Notes: generated by a model not told the origin, from the sequence alone. Counted from the stretch's first letter, positions 1-10,166 are shown. The stretch: 64,000 bases of DNA from Clostridiales bacterium (GCA_003150035.1 QALR01000018.1:101259-165258); one strand, 5' to 3'. Numbers and translations: made by a program.

Positions 1-357
1 GACAAGCCCCTTTTGCGAGGTTTTGTTATAATACGGTGTGACGACAAGAAGCGCATCCGCGCCGACGCGGCAGCACTCCCTCGAAAGCTCTATGGCATGC
101 GCTGTATTGTTGCTTCCCGCACCGGCAATGACAGGAACACGTCCCGAAACATGCCGCACCGCAAAGGCGACGGTATCGATCTGTTCACGCTCCGTCATGG
201 TCGAAGCCTCGCCCGTCGTCCCGCAGACGACAAGCGCAGAAATGCCGGCGGCAAGCTGATGGTCGAGAATAGCGCCGAACGCCTCAAAGTCCACAGCCCT
301 GTCCCGGAACGGCGTGATAAGCGCGGTCGCCGCTCCTCTGAAAATTTCTTTTTTCAT
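1..357 (-). CDS. dapA: 4-hydroxy-tetrahydrodipicolinate synthase, N-terminal part (gene runs off the left window edge)
   Basis: Not in the ORF track because it is open at the edge. Reverse-strand translation from ATG (355..357) reads MKKEIFRGAATALITPFRDRAVDFEAFGAILDHQLAAGISALVVCGTTGEASTMTEREQ...LVVTPYYNKTSQKG. GTTGE and TPYYNK are DapA/NAL-family hallmarks. AAGGAGGA SD just upstream; L-box further upstream. Confidence 0.9.
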   Translation of the reverse strand, partial: MKKEIFRGAATALITPFRDRAVDFEAFGAILDHQLAAGISALVVCGTTGEASTMTEREQIDTVAFAVRHVSGRVPVIAGAGSNNTAHAIELSRECCRVGADALLVVTPYYNKTSQKGLV

Positions 358-433
358 TCTGTATCCTCCTTGATTCGATTCCGATGTTATCCTATGCAGC
401 CCTCAAAAAATCGCGCAAACCTCTTACATTTAT

Positions 434-469
434 GGCAAAAAAATAGCTGATAAGCAAAGCTATCAGCCA
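434..469 (-). terminator. Intrinsic terminator of the L-box expression platform
   Basis: Reverse strand GGCTGATAGCTTTGCTTATCAGCTATTTTTTTGCC: GC/AT stem with one bulge followed by a U7 tract. Confidence 0.8.
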
Positions 470-672
470 TCGAAAACGCATCCGCAGGAAAAACACCCAC
501 GCCGCAATCCCGATAGCTCTCCGCCAAAACGACAGTCGGACAGATCTTATCTGCCAGACCAAGCGATGCGCCACCGTCTGCGCATGCTTTCGGCAGCGGC
601 CCCTTTCCCTCCCCCGCCGGACGACGATTTCCTTATCCGGGGGAGCTACTTTTTGCGCGCTGCGCCTCTATC
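434..672 (-). promoter_or_regulatory. Lysine riboswitch (L-box): aptamer about 512..672 plus terminator/antiterminator expression platform
   Basis: Reverse strand reads GATAGAGGCGCAGCGCGC..AGTAGCTCCCCCGG..GGGGGAGGGAAAGGGGCCGCTGCCGAAAGC..GGTCTGGCAGATAAGATCTGTCCGACTGTCG..TTGGCGGAGAGCTATC. These are L-box conserved blocks, with P1 formed by GATAG/CTATC. The P1 3' strand AGCTATC can alternatively pair with GATAGCT in the terminator 5' arm. Located upstream of dapA. Confidence 0.85.
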
Positions 673-705
673 ATGAGTTGCTTCTATAACAAGTATATTG
701 TGGCT

Positions 706-734
706 ATTGTATCACAGCACGGTGTCTCTGTCAA
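706..734 (-). promoter_or_regulatory. Sigma-A promoter of the L-box-dapA transcript
   Basis: Reverse strand TTGACA (734..729), 17 nt, TACAAT (711..706), with TGn extension (TGATACAAT). Confidence 0.7.
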
Positions 735-950
735 TCGCTTTGAGAAAATTCTTTGAAAAATTTGTCGCTTTCCTTGTTTTATATAAGGAAAGGCGAGAGG
801 CGACGCCTGCCAGCAAAAGAAATTTTGTCCCGTCATACATCCTTTTTTTCGGTATTACGCAATGTCATGCAGCAGAATGCACAAATTCAGCCCCAATTTG
901 GTATAAAGCACTGTTTCTATTCGATGAATTTTGACCAATTTCAAAAAAAC

Positions 951-970
951 TATTGAATTTTTATTCATTA
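951..970. promoter_or_regulatory. ARG box (ArgR/AhrC operator) overlapping the arg operon promoter
   Basis: TATTGAATTTTTATTCATTA contains the perfect palindrome TGAAT-TTTT-ATTCA (954..967), matching the TNTGAATWWWWATTCANW consensus. It overlaps the -35 and spacer of the argG promoter. Weaker half-sites lie at about 924..937 and 877..890. Confidence 0.65.
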
Positions 971-981
971 GGATGTATAAT
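953..981 (+). promoter_or_regulatory. Sigma-A promoter of the arg/car operon
   Basis: TTGAAT (953..958), 17 nt, TATAAT (976..981), 41 nt upstream of the argG ATG. Confidence 0.7.
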
Positions 982-1022
982 TATGCAAACATACCGTTTA
1001 CCGTATCAAAGGAGATTTTATC

Positions 1023-2255
1023 ATGAATAAAAAAGACATCAAAAAAGTTGTGCTTGCCTATTCCGGAGGACTTGACACCTCCATCATTATTCCGTGGCTG
1101 AAGGAAAACTACAATAACTGCGAGGTCATCGCGGTATCCGGCAACGTTGGTCAGGCAGACGAGCTGGAGGGATTGGAGGAAAAGGCCCTCAAGACCGGCG
1201 CTTCCAAGCTCTACGTCGAGGACCTCACCGATGAGTTTGTCGATGACTACATCATTCCGACGATGAAAGCGGGCGCCGTATATGAAGACTATTTACTCGG
1301 CACCTCGTTTGCCCGTCCGGTCATCGCCAAACGGATCGTCGAGATCGCCAAGGCGGAAGGCGCGGACGCCATCTGCCATGGCTGCACCGGCAAGGGCAAC
1401 GATCAAGTCCGCTTCGAGCTTGCCATCAAGGCGTTCGCGCCGGATATGCCGATCATCGCCCCCTGGCGCGAATGGAGTATCAAATCCCGCGAAGAAGAAA
1501 TCGAATACGCCGAAGCGCATCATGTGCCGCTGAAAATCAATCGTGAAACCAATTATTCCAAGGATAAAAACCTCTGGCACCTCTCCCATGAGGGACTGGA
1601 TCTTGAAGATGCGGGAAATGAGCCTCAGTATGAGAAAAAAGGCTTTCTTGAGATGGGCGTTTCCCCGATGGACGCGCCCGATAAGCCGACGTATCTCACG
1701 CTCGAATTTGAAAAAGGCATTCCGACGGCGCTTGACGGCAAAAAAATGAGCGCCAAAGAAATCATTCTTGCGCTCAATAAGCTCGGCGGCGAGAACGGTA
1801 TTGGCCTTCTCGACATCGTGGAAAACCGCCTTGTCGGCATGAAGTGCCGCGGTGTATACGAAACGCCCGGCGGCACCATCCTGTATTTTGCGCATAACTA
1901 CCTAGAAACCCTCTGCCTTGACAAAATGACCGCGCACAAGAAGCAGGAGCTTTCCGTCACATTTGCCGAGCTTGTTTACAACGGACAGTGGTTTACGCCG
2001 CTTCGCGAAGCGCTTTCCGCCTTTGTCGACAAAACGCAGGAGAACGTGACAGGTAAAGTGAAGCTCAAGCTCTACAAAGGCAATATCATCAAGGCGGGCG
2101 CTTGGAGCGACTATTCCCTTTATTCTGAGGAAATCGCCACCTTCGGCGAGGACCATGTCTACAACCAGGCGGACGCAACGGGCTTTATCAATCTCTTCGG
2201 ACTGCCGATTAAGGTGCAGGCCCAGGTAAACGAGAAGAATCAAACGAAAAAATAA
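1023..2255 (+). CDS. argG: Argininosuccinate synthase
   Basis: 410 aa. N-terminal [12 protein letters not shown] (ATP pyrophosphatase P-loop). Full-length ArgG-like sequence with GGAG SD upstream. Confidence 0.97.
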   Translation: MNKKDIKKVVLAYSGGLDTSIIIPWLKENYNNCEVIAVSGNVGQADELEGLEEKALKTGASKLYVEDLTDEFVDDYIIPTMKAGAVYEDYLLGTSFARPVIAKRIVEIAKAEGADAICHGCTGKGNDQVRFELAIKAFAPDMPIIAPWREWSIKSREEEIEYAEAHHVPLKINRETNYSKDKNLWHLSHEGLDLEDAGNEPQYEKKGFLEMGVSPMDAPDKPTYLTLEFEKGIPTALDGKKMSAKEIILALNKLGGENGIGLLDIVENRLVGMKCRGVYETPGGTILYFAHNYLETLCLDKMTAHKKQELSVTFAELVYNGQWFTPLREALSAFVDKTQENVTGKVKLKLYKGNIIKAGAWSDYSLYSEEIATFGEDHVYNQADATGFINLFGLPIKVQAQVNEKNQTKK

Positions 2256-2275
2256 ACAGCAAAGGAAGACCAGAT

Positions 2276-3667
2276 ATGGAAAAAATGTGGGCAGGACGGT
2301 CGTCCGGCAAGCTCGACCGTGCTGCGGACGACTTCAATTCCTCCATTCGCTTCGATAAAAGAATGGCAAAGCAGGATATCCGTGGCTCGATGGCGCATGC
2401 GGCGATGCTCGCCGCCTGCGGCATCCTCTCACAGACGGATGTCGATACTATCCTGAAAGGCTTGGAAGAGATTCTTGCCGACCTTGACGCTGGCACTCTG
2501 GAAATCGATCCCGACGCGGAGGATATCCATATGTTTGTCGAGGCGGAGCTGACACGCCGTGTCGGCGAGGTCGGCAAGCGCCTGCATACCGCCCGCTCCC
2601 GCAACGATCAAGTGGCAACCGACCTGCGCCTTTACCTGCGGGACGAAGCGGAAACTCTCATAAAATCCCTAAAGGCACTCATTCGCGCCATCCATGACAA
2701 GGCGGCGGACAATACCGACACGATCCTGCCGGGCTATACCCATCTTCAGCGCGCGCAGCCTGTCACCTTTGCCCACCATCTGCTCGCGTACGCCATGATG
2801 TTCATTCGTGATGCAGGAAGGCTTGCGGACGCTGCGCGCCGGATGAATCTTTCTCCGCTCGGCTCCTGCGCACTCGCAGGGACCACCTATCCCATCGACC
2901 GCCGGATGACGGCGGCGGCGCTCGGGTTTGACGGCGTCACATACAACAGCATGGACGGCGTATCCGACCGCGATTTCTGCGTCGAGCTGCTGTCTGCCCT
3001 CTCGATCCTCATGATGCACCTTTCCCGTCTTTCCGAGGAGATGATCCTCTGGAGCTCGTGGGAGTTCGGATTTGTGGAACTTGACGATGCCTACACGACT
3101 GGCTCCTCCATTATGCCGCAGAAGAAAAATTCCGACATGGCGGAGCTTGTCCGCGGCAAAACCGGACGTGTATACGGCGACCTTATCGGCACGCTCACGA
3201 TGCTCAAAGGTCTTCCTCTCGCCTACAACAAGGATATGCAAGAGGACAAAGAAGCCATTTTTGACGGCTTCGACACCGCAAAAGCCTGCCTTGCCGTTTT
3301 TGCCCCGATGGTCGCCACCATGCGGGTCAAAAAGGACGCGATGAAGGAGGCGGCCGGACGCGGCTTCATCGGCGCCACTGATCTTGCAGACTACCTTACG
3401 AAAAAAGGAATGCCCTTCCGCAGCGCCTACAAAATCACGGGAGAAATCGTTGCGCAGTGTATTTCCCGCGGGCTGACGCTCGAAACGCTTCCTCTGTCGG
3501 AATACAAAGCTCACAGCGACCTGTTTGAAGCAGATTTATACGGGGAAATCGCGCTTGAGACCTGTGTAAAAAAACGGATCTCCGAGGGCGGCACGGGACC
3601 GGACTCCGTCGCGGCACAGCTTCGGTATGTCGCGGGATTTCTTAGCGGAACGGAGGCGGCGATATGA
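2276..3667 (+). CDS. argH: Argininosuccinate lyase
   Basis: 463 aa. Fumarate-lyase signature GSSIMPQKKN and the typical ArgH N-terminus KMWAGR...FNSSI. Confidence 0.97.
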   Translation: MEKMWAGRSSGKLDRAADDFNSSIRFDKRMAKQDIRGSMAHAAMLAACGILSQTDVDTILKGLEEILADLDAGTLEIDPDAEDIHMFVEAELTRRVGEVGKRLHTARSRNDQVATDLRLYLRDEAETLIKSLKALIRAIHDKAADNTDTILPGYTHLQRAQPVTFAHHLLAYAMMFIRDAGRLADAARRMNLSPLGSCALAGTTYPIDRRMTAAALGFDGVTYNSMDGVSDRDFCVELLSALSILMMHLSRLSEEMILWSSWEFGFVELDDAYTTGSSIMPQKKNSDMAELVRGKTGRVYGDLIGTLTMLKGLPLAYNKDMQEDKEAIFDGFDTAKACLAVFAPMVATMRVKKDAMKEAAGRGFIGATDLADYLTKKGMPFRSAYKITGEIVAQCISRGLTLETLPLSEYKAHSDLFEADLYGEIALETCVKKRISEGGTGPDSVAAQLRYVAGFLSGTEAAI

Positions 3668-4587
3668 AGCGCATCTTCATCGACGGCAGCGCCGGTACGA
3701 CGGGACTGCGCATCAGAGAACGGCTCGCGGGCAGGAACGATATTTCGCTTATCACGCTTCCGGAGGAGCACCGCCGCGACGAGGCGGCAAGGCGGACGGC
3801 AATAAACGATGCCGACATCGTCTTTCTCTGCCTGCCGGATGATGCGGCGCGCGAGGCGCTCGCCATGGTCGAAACTCACACCGTCGTCATCGACGCATCA
3901 AGCGCGCACCGAACGGCTCCGGAATTTGCTTACGGCTTTCCGGAGCTTTCCGCAGAGTTTGAAGAAAGGATCCGGAAATCGTCAAGAATTTCCGTGCCGG
4001 GCTGCCACGCGAGCGGTTTTATCGCGCTTGTCCATCCGCTTGTCAAATGCGGACTTCTTTCCCCTGCGGCGCGGCTCACCTGCCATTCTGTGACCGGATA
4101 CAGCGGCGGCGGAAAAAAAATGATTGCAGAATACGAGGCGGCAAATCCAAGTCCGCTGCTCCTTGCGCCGCGGCAGTATGGCCTCACACAGGAGCACAAG
4201 CATCTTCGCGAAATGAAAGCGATAACGGGACTTGATACGGCACCTGTCTTCTGTCCGATCGTATCGAATTTTTACAGCGGCATGGTTGTGACGGTCCCGC
4301 TTTTCCGGGCAGACCTTGCGGGCGATGCCGCAGAAATCCGGAAAATCTATCAAAAGCTCTATGCCGGGCCCATCGTTCGGTATGCAGAAGCGCCGGATGA
4401 AGCGGGATTTCTCTCCGCGGCGGCACTTTCGGGGCGGGACAGTATGGAAATTTCCGTGCTCGGGAACGATGACAGAATCCTGCTTGTCGCAAGATACGAT
4501 AACCTGGGCAAAGGCGCCTCCGGCGCTGCCGTGGAATGCTTGAATCTTGTCATGGACGCTGACAAAACGACAGGACTTCTCCTGTAA
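3664..4587 (+). CDS. argC: N-acetyl-gamma-glutamyl-phosphate reductase (short, type-2 form)
   Basis: 307 aa. N-terminal GSAGTTG Rossmann motif and catalytic PGCHA motif. ATGA overlap with argH. Confidence 0.92.
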   Translation: MKRIFIDGSAGTTGLRIRERLAGRNDISLITLPEEHRRDEAARRTAINDADIVFLCLPDDAAREALAMVETHTVVIDASSAHRTAPEFAYGFPELSAEFEERIRKSSRISVPGCHASGFIALVHPLVKCGLLSPAARLTCHSVTGYSGGGKKMIAEYEAANPSPLLLAPRQYGLTQEHKHLREMKAITGLDTAPVFCPIVSNFYSGMVVTVPLFRADLAGDAAEIRKIYQKLYAGPIVRYAEAPDEAGFLSAAALSGRDSMEISVLGNDDRILLVARYDNLGKGASGAAVECLNLVMDADKTTGLLL

Positions 4588-4591
4588 CTTA

Positions 4592-4644
4592 GGGGGATCC
4601 CCCCCACTCCAGTGGCGGGTTATTCAGTGGGGGATAGGTCCCCC
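4592..4644 (+). other. G/C-rich two-helix stem-loop 5 nt after the argC stop, within the 195-nt argC-argJ spacer
   Basis: Outer helix GGGGGA (4592..4597) pairs with TCCCCC (4639..4644). Inner helix CCCCCACT (4601..4608) pairs with AGTGGGGG (4626..4633). 17-nt apical loop. No U-tract follows. Confidence 0.55.
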
Positions 4645-4782
4645 GGCGAAATGCCAAGGATAGCTAGCTCCTACCACACCATATGACAGGTGTTGCCTTA
4701 TGAAACACAAAATCGCCGCGGAAATGCGGTAATCTATATAAGAAGGAAGGCCGGGGCATACCGGCACATCGGAACAACGAAC

Positions 4783-5994
4783 ATGAAAACAGTTTCAGGC
4801 GGCGTGTGCGCCGCAAAGGGCTTTACAGCAAACGGAATCCACTGCGGAATCCGCAAAAACAAGCAAAAGAAGGATCTCTCGCTCATCGTCAGCGAGCGGC
4901 GGGCTCACGCGGCAGCGGTCTATACCACCAATCTTGTCAAGGGCGCACCGCTTACCGTGACGAAGTCCCATCTTGCCGACGGATTCGCGCAGGCCATCAT
5001 CTGCAACAGCGGGAACGCCAACACGTGCAACGCGAACGGCGTCGAGATCGCCGAGGCAATGTGCGCACTTGTGGAAAAGGAAACAGGTATCCCTGCCCGT
5101 GATGTCATCGTCGCCTCGACCGGCGTCATCGGACAGCCGCTCGATATCGCCCCGATAAGAGACGGAATGGTGGAGCTTGCCGCGGGACTCGGAGACAAAA
5201 GCGCCGACGCCGCCGAGGGCATCATGACGACCGACACCGTCAAAAAGGAAATCGCCGTCTCCTTTGAGATAGGCGGCAAAATCTGCACTGTGGGCGGCAT
5301 TGCCAAAGGCTCCGGCATGATCCATCCGAACATGGCGACCATGCTCGTTTTTCTTACGACAGATACCGCCATTTCCGCAGAAATGCTGAAGAGGGCACTC
5401 TCGACCGATATCCAAAACACGTTCCATATGGTCAGCGTGGACGGTGATACCTCCACCAACGACATGGTCGCCATTCTGGCAAACGGCATGGCGGAAAATC
5501 CGGAAATCGTCTCGGACGGCGAGGATTTTCATACCTTTATGAAAGCACTGAACGCCGTGACAATCTCTCTGTGCCGCAGCATCGCCGGAGACGGCGAAGG
5601 GGCGACAAAGCTGCTCGAATGCCGTGTGACCGGAGCGGTATCAGAAGAAGCGGCCAAAACAGCGGCAAAAAGCGTCATCTGCTCTTCCCTTGTCAAAACG
5701 GCCATGTTCGGCGCGGATGCCAACTGGGGACGCATTCTCTGTGCGCTTGGATACAGTGGCGCGGATATCGACCCCGCCCATGTTAAAGTATCCTTCCGTT
5801 CCGCGGCAGGAACGGTTATCGTATGCGAAAGCGGCGCCGGCGTCATCTTCTCCGAAGAAAAGGCAAAGGAAATTCTCTCGGAAAAGGAAATTGAAATCCT
5901 CGTCGACCTTACGGACGGGACCGGCTGCGCCGTCGCATGGGGCTGCGACCTCAGCTATGACTATGTGAAAATCAACGGCGACTACCGCACATAA
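4783..5994 (+). CDS. argJ: Bifunctional ornithine acetyltransferase / N-acetylglutamate synthase
   Basis: The ArgJ N-terminus MKTVSGGVCAAKGF starts at ATG 4783. The track ORF begins at GTG 4690, but that extension is non-homologous. Autoproteolysis motif PNMATMLVFLTTD is present. Confidence 0.93.
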   Translation: MKTVSGGVCAAKGFTANGIHCGIRKNKQKKDLSLIVSERRAHAAAVYTTNLVKGAPLTVTKSHLADGFAQAIICNSGNANTCNANGVEIAEAMCALVEKETGIPARDVIVASTGVIGQPLDIAPIRDGMVELAAGLGDKSADAAEGIMTTDTVKKEIAVSFEIGGKICTVGGIAKGSGMIHPNMATMLVFLTTDTAISAEMLKRALSTDIQNTFHMVSVDGDTSTNDMVAILANGMAENPEIVSDGEDFHTFMKALNAVTISLCRSIAGDGEGATKLLECRVTGAVSEEAAKTAAKSVICSSLVKTAMFGADANWGRILCALGYSGADIDPAHVKVSFRSAAGTVIVCESGAGVIFSEEKAKEILSEKEIEILVDLTDGTGCAVAWGCDLSYDYVKINGDYRT

Positions 5995-6004
5995 AGGAGA
6001 CACT

Positions 6005-6883
6005 ATGGCACCCAATCTCACCAATTCTCAGCGCGCCGAAATTTTGACCCAGGCGCTGCCCTATATTCAGAAATACAACGGAAAAATCGTCGTTGTCAAA
6101 TACGGCGGAAACGCGATGACAAGCGACGACCTAAAGCAGCAGGTCATGGAAGACATCGTGCTCATGTCGCTCATCGGCGTCAAGATCGTCCTCGTGCACG
6201 GAGGCGGTCCTGAAATCACGGAAATGCTAGGCAAGACCGGCAAAAAATCGGAATTTATCGACGGACTTCGCGTTACCGACCGTGAAACGGTGGACATCGT
6301 TCAGATGGTTCTCGCCGGAAAAATCAATAAAAGCCTCGTCAACCTGCTCGAAATGAAGGGCGGCAAGGCGATGGGAATCTCCGGCATCGACGGACATATG
6401 ATCGAAGCCGAGGTCAAGGATGAGCGGCTCGGCTTCGTCGGGAAAATCACGGGGGTCAATGTGGAGCCTGTCACCGACCTTCTGGAAAAGGGATATATCC
6501 CCGTCGTTTCCACCGTAGGCTGCGACAAATCGGGCAATGTTTACAATATCAACGCCGACACGGCGGCGGCACAGATTGCGGCTGCCATGGGGGCGGAAAG
6601 CCTTATCGCTATGACGGATATCGCCGGCATTCTGCGTGACCGTGACGATCCATCCTCGCTCATTCCGCTCATCGATATAGAGGACGCGGCAGCTCTTTTT
6701 GAAGAAGGCATCATCTCCGGCGGCATGATTCCAAAGGTAGAATGCAGCATCGATGCTATTCGCCGCGGCGTAAAAAAGGTCATCATCCTGGACGGGAGAA
6801 TTCCGCATGCGATTTTGATCGAAACACTCACCGATGAGGGCGCGGGCACCATGGTCGTCGCAGACAAAAATACCGTTCGATAA
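6005..6883 (+). CDS. argB: Acetylglutamate kinase
   Basis: 292 aa. IVVVKYGGNAM and VLVHGGGP amino-acid-kinase motifs. Confidence 0.96.
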   Translation: MAPNLTNSQRAEILTQALPYIQKYNGKIVVVKYGGNAMTSDDLKQQVMEDIVLMSLIGVKIVLVHGGGPEITEMLGKTGKKSEFIDGLRVTDRETVDIVQMVLAGKINKSLVNLLEMKGGKAMGISGIDGHMIEAEVKDERLGFVGKITGVNVEPVTDLLEKGYIPVVSTVGCDKSGNVYNINADTAAAQIAAAMGAESLIAMTDIAGILRDRDDPSSLIPLIDIEDAAALFEEGIISGGMIPKVECSIDAIRRGVKKVIILDGRIPHAILIETLTDEGAGTMVVADKNTVR

Positions 6884-6904
6884 CCTGCGGGAAAGGAGAA
6901 CTTC

Positions 6905-8068
6905 ATGAATATCAAACAGCTTGACGAAGAATATATTGCACACACATATGCGCGCTTTCCAATTCAAATCGCATCCGGCAAGGGCGCGCTTGCCGTGGAT
7001 GAAAATGGAAAAGAATACATTGACCTCGGCGCGGGCATTGCCGTCAACACATTCGGCTATGCGGACGAGGCATGGATTCGCGCCGTCACAGAGCAGCTTG
7101 CAAAATGCCAACATACCTCCAATCTTTATTATTCGGAGCCGTGTGCAAAGCTTGCGGAGCTTCTCTGCCGGCGCACCGGCATGAAAAAAGTTTTCTTCGG
7201 CAATTCCGGTGCCGAGGCAAACGAGTGCGCCATCAAGGTTGCCAGAAAATACGCCGCCGATAAAAAAGGCAAAGATACCTATACCATCATCACACTGAAA
7301 AACAGCTTCCACGGCCGCACCATTACCACGCTTGCCGCAACGGGACAGGATGTGTTTCACAAGGATTTCACGCCGCTGACCGAAGGCTTTGTTTATGCCG
7401 AACCGAATGACCTTGACAGCGTGCGTGAGCTTGTCAAAGCCCATAAAACCGCGGCCATTCTGTTCGAGGCGGTACAGGGCGAGGGCGGCGTCATGCCGCT
7501 GGAAAAGAAGTTCGTCACGGGACTTGCCGAAATTGCCGCAGACAACGACATCCTGCTGATGGCAGACGAGGTTCAGACCGGAAACGGACGCACAGGAAAA
7601 CTATACGCCTATATGAATTACGGCGTCACCCCAGACATCGTCACCACCGCTAAGGGACTGGGCGGCGGTCTTCCGATCGGCGCCTGTCTGCTCGGCGAAA
7701 AGGTAAAGGATACCCTCACGCAGGGATCGCACGGCTCCACGTTCGGCGGCAATCCCGCCGTCTGCGCGGGCGCGTACAACATCCTCTCCCGTATCGACGA
7801 TACACTGATGGATGAGGTAAGGGAAAAATCCGCCTACGTCTTCGACGCTCTGCGCGGCGCGCCCGGTATCCGGAGCGTCACGGGCATGGGACTTATGATC
7901 GGCATCCTGCCGGAAAAGTCGGCGGGCGAGGTCATCGATCTATGCCGCGAGGACGGCGTTCTTGTCATCAAGGCAAAAGACAGAGTCCGGCTGCTTCCGC
8001 CGCTGAACATACCGAAAGAACTGCTTGAAAAAGCAGTCGCCGTCATCAAGGCGGCGTGTGCCCGGTAA
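6905..8068 (+). CDS. argD: Acetylornithine aminotransferase
   Basis: 387 aa class-III PLP aminotransferase, with [10 protein letters not shown] and [13 protein letters not shown] (PLP-lysine region). Confidence 0.95.
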   Translation: MNIKQLDEEYIAHTYARFPIQIASGKGALAVDENGKEYIDLGAGIAVNTFGYADEAWIRAVTEQLAKCQHTSNLYYSEPCAKLAELLCRRTGMKKVFFGNSGAEANECAIKVARKYAADKKGKDTYTIITLKNSFHGRTITTLAATGQDVFHKDFTPLTEGFVYAEPNDLDSVRELVKAHKTAAILFEAVQGEGGVMPLEKKFVTGLAEIAADNDILLMADEVQTGNGRTGKLYAYMNYGVTPDIVTTAKGLGGGLPIGACLLGEKVKDTLTQGSHGSTFGGNPAVCAGAYNILSRIDDTLMDEVREKSAYVFDALRGAPGIRSVTGMGLMIGILPEKSAGEVIDLCREDGVLVIKAKDRVRLLPPLNIPKELLEKAVAVIKAACAR

Positions 8069-8091
8069 TGCCGGAGAAGGGGGAACATAAA

Positions 8092-9084
8092 ATGAGCCTA
8101 CATCTGAAAGGAAAACATTTCTTGAAGCTGCTCGATTTCACGCCGGAGGAGATCACGGGACTTCTGGATCTTGCGGCGGAGTTCAAAGCCAAGAAAAAAG
8201 CGGGCATCCCACACGCCCTTTGCGCGGGAAAAAACATCGCGCTGATTTTCGAAAAAACCAGTACACGCACGCGGTGCAGCTTCGAGGTGGCGGCACATGA
8301 CCTCGGCATGAATACCACCTATCTCGATCCCACAGGCTCGCAAATCGGCAAAAAGGAAAGCATCGCTGATACGGCGCGCGTCCTCGGCCGTCTATACGAC
8401 GGCATCGAATACCGCGGATACGGACAGGAAATCGTAGAGCAGCTCGCCCGATATGCCGGCGTCCCGGTCTGGAACGGGCTGACAAGCGAATTTCATCCGA
8501 CACAGATTTTGGCGGATTTTCTGACCATTCGCGAGCATTTCGGCCGCCTGCACGGCACAAAGCTCGTCTATATGGGCGACGCGCGGTACAATATGGGCAA
8601 TTCCCTCATGGTCGGCTGCGCCAAAATGGGGATGCAGTTCACCGCCTGCGCACCGAAAGCCTACTTCCCCGACCCGGCACTCATAGAAACGTGTCAGGGC
8701 ATTGCGAAAGAAACCGGCGCCGTTCTGCATTTTTCCGAAGATCCTCTCGCGGCGACAAAAGGCGCCGATGTCATCTACACCGATGTGTGGGTCTCCATGG
8801 GAGAGCCGACCGGCGTATGGGAAGAGCGTATCCGCGATCTTTCACCCTATCAGGTAAACGCCGCCGTTATGCAGAACGCGGGAAAGGAAGCGGTCTTCAT
8901 GCACTGTCTGCCCGCCTTCCACGACCTGAACACGACGGTGGGAAAGGAAATGGGTGAAAAATTCGGGCTTTCCTGCATGGAGGTCACCGATGAGGTATTT
9001 GAAGGCCCTCAGTCCATCGTATTCGACGAGGCGGAAAACCGGATGCACACCATCAAGGCCGTTATGGCGGCAACACTCCTATAA
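8092..9084 (+). CDS. argF: Ornithine carbamoyltransferase
   Basis: Motifs [13 protein letters not shown], DxxYMGDxxNN-like and HCLP. ATG 8092 has a GAGAAGGGGG SD. The track start at 8056 overlaps argD and adds 12 non-homologous residues. Confidence 0.95.
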   Translation: MSLHLKGKHFLKLLDFTPEEITGLLDLAAEFKAKKKAGIPHALCAGKNIALIFEKTSTRTRCSFEVAAHDLGMNTTYLDPTGSQIGKKESIADTARVLGRLYDGIEYRGYGQEIVEQLARYAGVPVWNGLTSEFHPTQILADFLTIREHFGRLHGTKLVYMGDARYNMGNSLMVGCAKMGMQFTACAPKAYFPDPALIETCQGIAKETGAVLHFSEDPLAATKGADVIYTDVWVSMGEPTGVWEERIRDLSPYQVNAAVMQNAGKEAVFMHCLPAFHDLNTTVGKEMGEKFGLSCMEVTDEVFEGPQSIVFDEAENRMHTIKAVMAATLL

Positions 9085-9086
9085 AA

Positions 9087-10166
9087 ATGAAAAAGCGTTA
9101 TTTGATTTTAGAGGACGGCAGCATCTTTGAGGGAACCGCCATCGGCGCCGATGTCTCGCGCGTCGGAGAACTCGTCTTTACCACGGGCATGTGCGGCTAC
9201 ACCGAGACGCTGACCGACCCGAGCTATTACGGACAGATCGTCATGCAGACCTTCCCGCTGATTGGAAATTACGGGATCGCGGAAGAGGATTTTGAAGGCA
9301 AATGCGCGGTTTCCGGCTATGTTGTGCGGGAGCTTTGCGATACGCCGTCCAATTTCCGCTGCGAATATACGGTGGATGAATTTCTAAGACGAAACGGCGT
9401 TCCCGGCATCAGCGGACTGAATACGCGGGCGCTGACAAAGAAGATCCGCGAGCGCGGCGTCATGAATGCCATGATAGGGGACGAGGTTCCGGCGGATCTT
9501 TCTCCCATTGCCCAATATCGGATCGAGGATGCCCTCTCGCATGTCACATGTGGGAAGTCGAAAACCTTCGCGCCCGCAGGAGAGGCGCGGTTTCGTGTGA
9601 CGCTCATCGACTACGGCGCCAAGGCGAATATTATCCGCGAGCTTTGCAGAAGGGGATGCCTTGTCACGGCAGTTCCCGCGGGCACGAGCGCCGCAGAAAT
9701 CCTTGCCGGTGCACCGGACGGCGTTATGCTTTCCAACGGCCCCGGAGATCCGTCAGAATACACGGTCGAAATCGCGGCGCTGCGCGGCATTCTCGGCAAG
9801 GTTCCCGTTTTCGGCATCTGTCTCGGACATCAGCTCATGGCGCTCGCCGAGGGCGCCAAAACAGAAAAGCTGAAATACGGGCACCGCGGCGTCAACCAGC
9901 CGGTGCGCGACCTTATGGACACACGCACCTATATCACAAGCCAGAATCACGGGTATACGGTCGCGGCAGAAAGCATCGACACCGGCGTTTTGCGCTATGT
10001 CAACGCCAACGACGGTACCTGCGAGGGCATCGATTATCCCGAGCTCTATGCCTTTTCGGTGCAGTTCCATCCGGAAGCCTGCGGCGGACCGCATGATACC
10101 AGCTTCCTTTTTGACCGATTCCTCTCGATGATGGAGGAAAGGAGGGAAAATCATGCCGCTCGATAA
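9087..10166 (+). CDS. carA: Carbamoyl-phosphate synthase small (glutaminase) subunit
   Basis: 359 aa. GICLGHQ catalytic Cys motif and the QFHPE class-I amidotransferase motif. Confidence 0.96.
   Translation: MKKRYLILEDGSIFEGTAIGADVSRVGELVFTTGMCGYTETLTDPSYYGQIVMQTFPLIGNYGIAEEDFEGKCAVSGYVVRELCDTPSNFRCEYTVDEFLRRNGVPGISGLNTRALTKKIRERGVMNAMIGDEVPADLSPIAQYRIEDALSHVTCGKSKTFAPAGEARFRVTLIDYGAKANIIRELCRRGCLVTAVPAGTSAAEILAGAPDGVMLSNGPGDPSEYTVEIAALRGILGKVPVFGICLGHQLMALAEGAKTEKLKYGHRGVNQPVRDLMDTRTYITSQNHGYTVAAESIDTGVLRYVNANDGTCEGIDYPELYAFSVQFHPEACGGPHDTSFLFDRFLSMMEERRENHAAR

Noticed and set aside
13-450. 145-aa + strand ORF at the left edge.
   Set aside because: It overlaps the reverse-strand dapA N-terminus, which has clear DapA motifs, an SD and an L-box leader. 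The + strand translation is Arg-rich with no motifs.
4690-4782. N-terminal extension of argJ from GTG 4690 (track ORF start).
   Set aside because: The 31 extra residues (MLPYETQNRRGNAVIYIRRKAG...) have no ArgJ homology and lie in the structured spacer. The conserved ArgJ N-terminus begins at ATG 4783.
6227-7444. 405-aa ORF on the - strand. Similar long antisense ORFs occur at 45077..46165 (+), 16266..17222 (+), 10195..10962 (-) and 43904..44800 (+).
   Set aside because: All lie opposite genes with unambiguous family motifs (argB/argD, uvrA, the TIM-barrel gene, carB). Their compositions are skewed, and none has a start-site context.
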